From an uncultured Pseudomonadota bacterium (lineage in GTDB: Bacteria > Pseudomonadota > Alphaproteobacteria > RF32 > CAG-239), in NCBI GenBank assembly GCA_949290295.1, contig CASERH010000009.1, positions 1 to 62,906 of the forward strand: a stretch of DNA of 62,906 nucleotides, given 5' to 3'. The notes below the pieces were generated by a model. The model was not told the origin of the DNA. It was given only the letters and a program-made list of their open reading frames with translations, and searched no databases. Shown piece after piece: positions 56,517-62,906 of the stretch. The first letter of the stretch is position 1. Every line of letters starts with the position of its first letter. The translations under genes were made by a program, and so were the position numbers.

Positions 56517-57299
56517 ATGCCATATGATAGTGAAGGAAATTTCACCCGAGTTCACAATTGGGAAGATGACAGGATAAATGACATAGACATTGTAACTGAT
56601 CATCATGATGAAGAAGACGACAACTTTGCCGATGGGCTCAGCAGTTGTTTCTTGCGAGATGGTCGTAGCGCCATGAAAGGCGATATAAATTGCGCCGGTT
56701 TCAAAATTAAGAATGTCGGCAACGGAACCTTGAGTGGAGACGGAGTAAATCGCGGACAATTAGATGAAACGATAGATCATTTAGAGGCAGCAATTTTATC
56801 GGCTGCCAACAAACTATTTAAGCTTGGAGATATCAAAGCCTCACTGCAAACCGCTAACCATGACAATTGGTTTTTGTGCAATGGGCAGGCTATATCAAGA
56901 ACGGATTATGCAGATTTATTTGAGATGATAGGCACCAATTTTGGAGCCGGAGACGGTGTAAATACATTTAATCTGCCAGATTATCAAGGAAAGTTTTTGC
57001 GAGGCTTGGGAGGAGATTCTGAAAGTGATTTTTATACTACGCAAGAAGAAAGTTTGCCCGATATAACCGGTACGGCAGGAAAAATTTTCAATGGTGTCAA
57101 TATTAACAAATTAACGGCGACAGGAGCATTTAAGTCATCAACAACTTCAACGGGAACCGGAGCAGATGCAAATTTCACGGATACAATTATTGATTTGGAT
57201 TTTAAGGCATCAAATTCCAATGAAATTTACGCGGGTACCCACGTAACGCCGATTAACCAAGCTGTAAACTATTTTATAAAAGTAAAAGAGGAGGCTTAA
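56517..57299 (+). CDS. tail fiber protein with a phage tail-collar domain
   Basis: WFLCNGQAISRTDYADLFEMIGTNFGAGDGVNTFNLPDYQGKFLRG matches the tail-collar (Collar) motif. Confidence 0.75.
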   Translation: MPYDSEGNFTRVHNWEDDRINDIDIVTDHHDEEDDNFADGLSSCFLRDGRSAMKGDINCAGFKIKNVGNGTLSGDGVNRGQLDETIDHLEAAILSAANKLFKLGDIKASLQTANHDNWFLCNGQAISRTDYADLFEMIGTNFGAGDGVNTFNLPDYQGKFLRGLGGDSESDFYTTQEESLPDITGTAGKIFNGVNINKLTATGAFKSSTTSTGTGADANFTDTIIDLDFKASNSNEIYAGTHVTPINQAVNYFIKVKEEA

Positions 57300-57302
57300 A
57301 AC

Positions 57303-57653
57303 ATGGCAGGTATATTAAACAGTAGAGGAATAACCGTTCGCAAAGGAGACAGTTTCGCAATTGCGATTCGTTTTAAAACAGAAGACGGAGCTTTAGACAT
57401 CAGCGGAGCAACGATAAAGATGGATGTCAAAGACATGGACAACAAACTCCTTTTTAGCAAGGCCGGACAAATCACCGATGCCATCAATGGATTGGCAGGT
57501 ATAGAGTTAACGCCGCAAGATACCAAATTAGACGAGGGAGATTATAAGACAGATATCCAGATTACATATGCAAATGGACAAGTGCATACCATTTTCCCGC
57601 AGGATATTAATAAGGTTGCCTATTTTAGAGTGACCAGCCAGGTAACGGAGTAG
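57303..57653 (+). CDS. hypothetical tail-associated protein (116 aa, Ig-like/BppU-N-like suspected)
   Basis: Lies between two fiber genes, with a beta-rich sequence. Weak from-memory similarity only. Confidence 0.45.
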   Translation: MAGILNSRGITVRKGDSFAIAIRFKTEDGALDISGATIKMDVKDMDNKLLFSKAGQITDAINGLAGIELTPQDTKLDEGDYKTDIQITYANGQVHTIFPQDINKVAYFRVTSQVTE

Positions 57654-57658
57654 ATAAC

Positions 57659-59269
57659 ATGAATGAGAAATCAGAATTAGCCGTTTTTGACGGATATGAT
57701 AAACAAAAGATAGAAGTAATGTTTCAAGAAGAGGCGAATTTAGAAGTAAAGATGCCTCTTTTTTATGTTAATTCCGGAAAGAAGGAAATAGAAAATTATG
57801 TTGAAAACAATTGTAAACCAGAGTTGGCAAGATACACGTTTTCTAAACAAGAAGAGCTAAATGCGTCAGTAGACGGAGTCTATAAGCCGGAATTGAAATC
57901 ATATACAGAATCACGCAAAGAAGATATTTTGTATTATGTTGAAAATACCAGCAAGCCTAAAATTGATGATTATATTGATGCAGAAGTAGCCCCATATAGC
58001 ACATCGGCACAAAGTGCGGCTGCAGTAGCTTTAGCAAGCGAGCAAGCTACAAAAATCTCAGAAGACAAAGCCAAAGAATCAGAACTTTCGGCAGCAGCAA
58101 GTGCGGCAGAAGCCAAGCAATATCGAGATGAGGCAGAAGAAATAATCCATCCTACCCAAGCAACGGAAGATGATTTGGGGCTTGCGGCAATAGCTACGGA
58201 AGAAGATGTTGCAGCGGGGGTTAATGATAGTAAATTTATCACTCCTCTAAAGGCAGCTGGATATTATCAGAGCAAAACGGAAGCTAATTCCAAGTACGAA
58301 AATATTCAAGAAGTATTGGCGCAAAAAGCTAACAAGACTGAGATATTTTCAGCCGGAAATATTGGAGACATAAAATACACCTCACGAGTTGATGTGCCGG
58401 CTGGGGGAGTTTGGTGCGATGGGGCAGAATACACAAAAGCAACTTTTCCTGATGTTTATCAGATGCTGTTAGATGGTAACTTACAAAATACCGACTATGC
58501 AACCTATAATAACTCAGTATCAACAAACGGTTCTTGCGGATTTTTTGCACTTGATGCAAGCAACGAAAAATTTAAAGTTCCAACTTTGAGCAATGTATAC
58601 ATAAAAGCAGGACAAACACCATTAATGTTCGGTGTTGAAAGTTTACCGAATATTACGGGAAGTTTTACACTTCAAAACGATATGTTCTTCACAGGAACAG
58701 GAGTTTTTTCCACCTCTGGAAACCTCACAAGATATGTAGCTGGTATAAATGCAGGAAATAGCGGCGCAAATGGAGAAAGTTTTGATGCCTCTCGCAGTTC
58801 TCCCATCTATCAAAACGGAGCAAAAGTAAACCCCGACCACGTTGTTTATAGAGCCTATGTTGTATTATATGCAAGCGCGGCAGAGGCAAGCGAGGCACAG
58901 ATTGCTGAGTTTTTAACCACTATGGATAGTAAAGCTAATGCCGATATGAGTAATGTCAATGTTTCGGGAAAAGAGTTTATATCAATACAGGGAAAACCAA
59001 GTAATCGGTATACTAACGTAGCGTTGCAAGCAAGTGGAACAACTTATACAGCTCCTGCGAGTGGCTACATTGTGATAAGTGGAACTAACGATTGGTTAGA
59101 TATTTCTGTTCCACCTATTAATTTGGGATTTTGTGCTGGAGGAAGGACTTCAGACGGATTTTCTCGTGGTTATATCCCAATTAGAAAAGGAGAAGCTTTT
59201 GTCGTTTATTATGGCCCTTCTTTCGTAAAAACAGATTTCAGATTCACTTATGATGAGGGAGCAAAATAA
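57659..59269 (+). CDS. long tail fiber protein
   Basis: 536 aa with N-terminal short repeats (YVEN..KPE / YKPELKSYT / YVENTSKPK), an Ala-rich coiled segment and a Gly/Asn-rich distal domain. Confidence 0.65.
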   Translation: MNEKSELAVFDGYDKQKIEVMFQEEANLEVKMPLFYVNSGKKEIENYVENNCKPELARYTFSKQEELNASVDGVYKPELKSYTESRKEDILYYVENTSKPKIDDYIDAEVAPYSTSAQSAAAVALASEQATKISEDKAKESELSAAASAAEAKQYRDEAEEIIHPTQATEDDLGLAAIATEEDVAAGVNDSKFITPLKAAGYYQSKTEANSKYENIQEVLAQKANKTEIFSAGNIGDIKYTSRVDVPAGGVWCDGAEYTKATFPDVYQMLLDGNLQNTDYATYNNSVSTNGSCGFFALDASNEKFKVPTLSNVYIKAGQTPLMFGVESLPNITGSFTLQNDMFFTGTGVFSTSGNLTRYVAGINAGNSGANGESFDASRSSPIYQNGAKVNPDHVVYRAYVVLYASAAEASEAQIAEFLTTMDSKANADMSNVNVSGKEFISIQGKPSNRYTNVALQASGTTYTAPASGYIVISGTNDWLDISVPPINLGFCAGGRTSDGFSRGYIPIRKGEAFVVYYGPSFVKTDFRFTYDEGAK

Positions 59270-59649
59270 TGTTTATAGGTTACCAAATTAATGAACAAGG
59301 CCAAGAGTTTATTGCAAGTATTGCCGACACTCGCGATGAGCTTGAGAACAATCTTTTTGTAAAATATACAAGGATTGAGGAAAGCAATGAGGATTGGCAA
59401 TTAATCAATGGACAGTACCGTATAGGAGGATTGACAAGTGAGGAACTATCAGCACAAAAGCGCTCAGAGCGCGATACTATGCTTAAGGCAACAGATGTTT
59501 ATATGCTGATTGATTTTCCCATCAGCGATGAGCAAAGGGAGCATTATAAGCAATATCGGCAGTATTTGAGAGATTTGCCAACAATAGAGAACTTTCCGGA
59601 AGTTGAGATCATGAGTTTTAAGGAGTGGCAACAATGGATTGGGGATTGA
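59269..59649 (+). CDS. tail fiber assembly chaperone
   Basis: 126 aa. The pattern R.ERD..L.ATD......D.P.....R..Y..YRQ.LRDLP is typical of Tfa proteins. TAATG overlap with the fiber gene. Confidence 0.6.
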   Translation: MFIGYQINEQGQEFIASIADTRDELENNLFVKYTRIEESNEDWQLINGQYRIGGLTSEELSAQKRSERDTMLKATDVYMLIDFPISDEQREHYKQYRQYLRDLPTIENFPEVEIMSFKEWQQWIGD

Positions 59650-59879
59650 TAGCAGGTTTGGCAGCCTTGGCCGGAGTTTTTATGAACTTTGTCCGCCTTG
59701 GCCACTGGCAAGGCAGTATTGAAAGCCGGGTTAAATCTCTGGAGCAGGCCTCATCCAATGCTCTGACCAAGTTTGATGCCATTTCACAAGTTTTGGACAA
59801 GAACACGGTTATCTTAACCGAGCTAAAAACAAGGCTTGACTTGATTTTTGACGAGAAAAGGGGGAGGCGCCTGCAATGA
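59634..59879 (+). CDS. single-TM holin-like protein
   Basis: 81 aa from the ATG at 59634 (SD AAGGAG) with an N-terminal TM (WGLIAGLAALAGVFMNFV) and a coiled coil. ATGA overlap with the lysozyme gene. Confidence 0.5.
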   Translation: MDWGLIAGLAALAGVFMNFVRLGHWQGSIESRVKSLEQASSNALTKFDAISQVLDKNTVILTELKTRLDLIFDEKRGRRLQ

Positions 59880-60346
59880 TAGAAATAAGAAAAGCCTCCG
59901 AGCGTTTGGCGATGCACGAGGGGGTGAGGTTGCAGCCTTATTTTTGTACCAAAGGCAAACAGACCATAGGGGTGGGGAGAAATTTAGATGACAATCCCAT
60001 TACCCCGGAAGAGGAAAAAGTCATCGGCGATTGGCGGCACGGTATCACAAAAGAGGCCGCCTTTTTTTTGCTTCGTCACGACATCAATCGGGTTGTGGCC
60101 GAGTGCGAGAAACATATTCCGTTTTGGAAAAAATTAGATGATGAGCGGCAATATGCGCTGATGGATATGGCCTTTAATATGGGAATAAAAAGACTGCTTG
60201 GTTTTAAGAAAATGATGGCATTTTTAGGCGTCGGCAATTATCGTCAGGCGGCGGTGGAGTGTTTGGCCTCACAATACGCCAAAGAGGTAGGCCGCCGTGC
60301 CCAACGAATTGCCAAAACAATAGAAACAGGGAGGTTTGAAGTATGA
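59876..60346 (+). CDS. GH24 (T4-type) lysozyme/endolysin
   Basis: HEGVRLQPYFCTKGKQTIGVGRNL aligns gaplessly to T4 lysozyme residues 10-32 (E11 and T26 conserved; the D20 position is Cys). Confidence 0.85.
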   Translation: MIEIRKASERLAMHEGVRLQPYFCTKGKQTIGVGRNLDDNPITPEEEKVIGDWRHGITKEAAFFLLRHDINRVVAECEKHIPFWKKLDDERQYALMDMAFNMGIKRLLGFKKMMAFLGVGNYRQAAVECLASQYAKEVGRRAQRIAKTIETGRFEV

Positions 60347-60942
60347 CGAATGTGTTATTTGCCGTTTTTTACGGTGTGGTAATGGGCTTCTGGCGGCGCT
60401 GGTTTGGCGGTGGTTTTGCCAATAAATATAAATGGCTGGAAAACAGAGGCCTGCAAGCAACAGTCGGTATCTTTTTAATGATGCCGATTTTTTTATATCG
60501 ATTGGATAGCTGGTTGAATTGGTTACTGGCAATGGTTTTTGCCGTGTACTTATATGCGCAGTTTTGGAGCCGCGGTCATGGTGCCTGCTTTGATATCGGT
60601 CGCGATACAAATCCTTCTGCATCAGCGATTGAGAGATATAACGAAAGGTGGTACCACTTGGTATGCGATTGGCTTTTGCCAGAGAAAAAATATGGCTTTG
60701 CCTATGATTTTGTATATATGGCCTTGCGCTATACGTGTCCTCTGGTTCCAATGGCTTTACTGGATTGGCGGATTTTACTCATCGGTTTGAGTGTCAGCCC
60801 GATTTATGCCTTTTGCCACAGCCTTGGCGAAAGAGAAAGCTGGTTGTTGGATAATGCTCCGGAATGGCTCAATAAACCGGTCAAATGGGCGGAACTGGCA
60901 ACAGGTTTTGTCTTTGGTTTTGGAATGTGGATGATAAGATAA
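60343..60942 (+). CDS. multi-pass membrane protein of unknown function, translationally coupled to the lysozyme
   Basis: 199 aa with ~5 TM segments and an ATGA overlap. It is the last gene before the terminator. Confidence 0.55.
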   Translation: MTNVLFAVFYGVVMGFWRRWFGGGFANKYKWLENRGLQATVGIFLMMPIFLYRLDSWLNWLLAMVFAVYLYAQFWSRGHGACFDIGRDTNPSASAIERYNERWYHLVCDWLLPEKKYGFAYDFVYMALRYTCPLVPMALLDWRILLIGLSVSPIYAFCHSLGERESWLLDNAPEWLNKPVKWAELATGFVFGFGMWMIR

Positions 60943-60943
60943 T

Positions 60944-60975
60944 AAAAAAAGCCCTCACAAAAGTGGGGGCTTTTC
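60944..60975. terminator. bidirectional terminator at the right border of the element
   Basis: AAAAAAAGCCCTCAC-aaaa-GTGGGGGCTTTT. Confidence 0.8.
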
Positions 60976-60978
60976 GGT

Positions 60979-62394
60979 TTACTTTTTAGCCATTTTAGGC
61001 TCTTTACCTTGAGCGAACATCGACTTGTAAGATGTCTGCAAATCAGCCACAACTTTTTTGAAGTTTTTAAGATCGGCACCTTTGAGGTTCTCTCCCGTAG
61101 CGGCTCTGATAGTTCTCGGATTTACGCGGCGTCCGTTTTGAACCACTTCATAGTGCAGGTGAGGCCCCGTGGAGCGGCCGGTACTGCCGACATAGCCGAT
61201 AACCTGTCCTTGCTTAACTCTAACACCGGGTCTAATTCCTTTGGCAATACGTTGCATATGCCCATAGGCAGTTGAGAACTCGGAGTTGTGTCTGATTTTT
61301 ACATAATTGCCGTAAGAACCATTGTATTTTGCAACTTGGACGACACCATCACCGCCGGCAAAAATTTTCGTACCTCTCGGAGCAGCATAGTCAATACCCC
61401 AGTGGATTTTGGTTTGTTTCAAAATCGGGTGATATCTCTTGCCGAAGGGAGAAGATATTCTGGCATTTCTGAAAGCTAATGGTTTTTTATCCAAAGTCTT
61501 TTTCAGGGCCTGTCCTTTTTCGGTGTAATAATCCACATTTCCTTTTTTGTCTTTGAAACGATACATGGCAATTTTATCTTTACGGAGAATGAGCGCCGCA
61601 TAGAGAATATTACCGGATTTCACCATTTCGCCGTTTTTATCAATATAGTTTTCATAGATAATCTCGAAGCGATCACCTTTTCTTATATCTCTGCGGAAAT
61701 CGACGGCATAGTTAAAGATGGCAACAAAATTATTAACAACACGATTCGGCACACCCTTGTTGCGCATAGCGGTAGAAATAAGTCCGTCAATGGAGCCGGA
61801 GGCGCTGTTGACCTCTTCTATAAGTTCATCTTTAGCCTTAGAAACTTGTACTTGCCCGTTTTCATCAAGAGCAGCCACGATTCTTTCTCCAACCGTAGGC
61901 TCAATGGTGAGGCTGTTAAATTGAACAATTTCCTGGGAACGATTATTAACGGTGACATTAGCAGAAAGTTTTTGACCTGCGCGCAAATCCCGCGGATCAT
62001 AATAATCTTCCAAAGCATAGAAGACATCATTAGCCTGCTCACGATCCAAACCAAGATCACTCAAGATAGAGATGAGGGTATCACCCTTTTGAACAGTGAT
62101 TTCCTTATCAACATCTTTTTGGCTTACGAGCGAGCTGACCATAGAGAAGAGGGACTTAATGTTGTCAACAGAATCTTCCGGATATATGGTTTGCGGGTCG
62201 GAGAGGTTATTAACAACATTATTTTCAATCATCAGGTAGTCAAGACGTTCTTCTTTAGAAACGGATGCTTCCACCTGATTATTTGTAAGAGAGAGAATAA
62301 AAGCAAAAGTAACGGCCATGGCATAACCGATGGTTATGACTTTTTGGCGATTTTTATGCTTAAGATTTACTTTCAAATATTTTAATATTTGCAT
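60979..62394 (-). CDS. M23-family metallopeptidase with an N-terminal membrane anchor and LysM/OapA-like segment
   Basis: HWGIDYAAPRGT...GSTGRSTGPHLHYEV motifs and VQKGDTLISILSDLG. ATG at 62394. Confidence 0.85.
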   Translation of the reverse strand: MQILKYLKVNLKHKNRQKVITIGYAMAVTFAFILSLTNNQVEASVSKEERLDYLMIENNVVNNLSDPQTIYPEDSVDNIKSLFSMVSSLVSQKDVDKEITVQKGDTLISILSDLGLDREQANDVFYALEDYYDPRDLRAGQKLSANVTVNNRSQEIVQFNSLTIEPTVGERIVAALDENGQVQVSKAKDELIEEVNSASGSIDGLISTAMRNKGVPNRVVNNFVAIFNYAVDFRRDIRKGDRFEIIYENYIDKNGEMVKSGNILYAALILRKDKIAMYRFKDKKGNVDYYTEKGQALKKTLDKKPLAFRNARISSPFGKRYHPILKQTKIHWGIDYAAPRGTKIFAGGDGVVQVAKYNGSYGNYVKIRHNSEFSTAYGHMQRIAKGIRPGVRVKQGQVIGYVGSTGRSTGPHLHYEVVQNGRRVNPRTIRAATGENLKGADLKNFKKVVADLQTSYKSMFAQGKEPKMAKK

Positions 62395-62614
62395 AAATTT
62401 TCCTTTTAAAATATGTAGGTTTGGCATAGCCGTTATTCCTGCAATTTAAAATTCATCTCTGCAATATAACTCTCCCCCACAAAAATATAAAGCGTTTTGT
62501 AGAGGTTATGTGTATAAACAACATAGTAATAACAAGTTATGAAAAAAATATAAATAAAAATGAAAAAAAAGCTTGCTTTTATAATTTTTGTTGTTTATAA
62601 GAGAAAACGCCCGA

Positions 62615-62691
62615 GGGGGTGTAGCTCAGTTGGTTAGAGCGCCTGCCTGTCACGCAGGAGGTCGCGAGTTCGAGCCTCGTCACTCCCGCCA
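62615..62691 (+). tRNA. tRNA-Asp (anticodon GUC), CCA encoded
   Basis: GGGGGTGTAGCTCAGTTGGTTAGAGCGCCTGCCTGTCACGCAGGAGGTCGCGAGTTCGAGCCTCGTCACTCCCGCCA. The anticodon loop is CT-GTC-AC. Confidence 0.9.
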
Positions 62692-62696
62692 TTTGT

Positions 62697-62730
62697 AAAG
62701 AGCCGTCGAAAGAGACGGCTCTTTAGTTTT
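62697..62730 (+). terminator. rho-independent terminator after tRNA-Asp
   Basis: AAAGAGCCGTC-gaaaga-GACGGCTCTTT then AGTTTT. Confidence 0.75.
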
Positions 62731-62784
62731 AAAGATATTTTTGAGGCGAGAAGGAGCGACCTCGGTCGCGAGCTCGAGGATAAA

Positions 62785-62906
62785 ATCAACCGCTGCTCCG
62801 GTTGATTTTACCGCAAGAGGCGTAAGCTTTCTTGCTTGAGTGAGCAAAGCGTGAGCAAGCGAAACGAAACTAGAAAGCAAGTGCCCGACGCGCGGTTAGT
62901 GAGTGC
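62785..62906 (+). repeat. element related to the tRNA-Glu-flank repeat (truncated by the window end)
   Basis: The hairpin core ACCG-CTGCTC-CGGT compares with ACCG-TTGCTC-CGGT at 26824-26837. About 30 nt later, TGAGTGAGCAAAGCGTGAGCAAGCG compares with TGAGAGCAAGGTAACGAAGCGAAGCAAGCG at 26871. Confidence 0.5.

Larger units (their letters stand above)
42103..60975 (+). mobile_element. podovirus-type prophage-like element (~18.9 kb) adjacent to tRNA-Thr; no integrase or replication genes detected
   Basis: A contiguous block runs repressor, late regulator, TerL, portal, scaffold, capsid, tail, fibers and lysis genes, bounded by tRNA-Thr and a bidirectional terminator at 60944-60975. There are no sheath, tube or tape-measure genes. 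Confidence 0.8.

Noticed and set aside
56517-59269. Diversity-generating retroelement, as in BPP-1-like podoviruses, acting on the fiber genes.
   Set aside because: There is no reverse-transcriptase-like ORF anywhere in the element, and I saw no template/variable repeat pair near the 3' ends of the fiber genes.
60900-61000. Search for an attR copy of the tRNA-Thr 3' end (GGTTCAAGTCCACTAACCGGCACCA) at the right border of the prophage-like element.
   Set aside because: No match of useful length was seen by eye near 60.9-61.0 kb or elsewhere. The borders therefore remain defined only by gene content and terminators. A computed repeat search should confirm this.

Overview
A 62.9-kb chromosomal window from what looks like a moderately AT-rich alphaproteobacterium. 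The lineage call is an inference from the CtrA/ChpT phosphorelay, hpnCDE squalene genes, TrmFO and an Ala/Lys-extended S16; it may be host-associated. Bases 1-42,100 are mostly housekeeping: gltX, cysS, a DsbD/ScsB-like reductase, rnhA, an M16 peptidase, elbB, a tightly overlapped trmFO-hpnC-hpnD-hpnE operon, chpT-receiver-cheR, ctrA, fliI-fliJ, sodB, a fluoride riboswitch with crcB, tRNA-Glu, a CoA-disulfide-reductase/rhodanese fusion, ffh-rpsP-rimM-trmD-rplS, hisS, a GT2 glycosyltransferase, an asd-like gene, an MscS-family channel, murD and tRNA-Thr. Bases 42,103-60,975, directly abutting tRNA-Thr, hold an ~18.9-kb podovirus-type prophage-like element. It carries a LexA/S24-type repressor, a small late regulator, TerL, portal, scaffold, capsid, tail, fiber and lysis genes, but no recognisable integrase, excisionase, replication genes or small terminase. 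Main second-look items: (1) this integrase-less, replication-less particle gene cluster with a promoter-terminator late leader (GTA-like or defective); (2) an AT-rich two-gene moron inside its head module encoding a serum-amyloid-A-like domain protein plus a membrane-anchored Cys-rich protein; (3) an aspartate-semialdehyde-dehydrogenase homolog whose catalytic residues all appear substituted; (4) an unassigned ~170-nt structured RNA candidate with its own promoter and terminator downstream of rplS; (5) nested direct repeats of the tRNA-Glu 3' flank around an HD-domain gene, with a related element after tRNA-Asp; (6) an AlbA_2/Schlafen-like gene translationally coupled to rnhA; (7) a codon-usage-foreign orphan expression cassette. 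I saw no rRNA, CRISPR array or transposase. All homology statements are from-memory motif recognition, not database searches.
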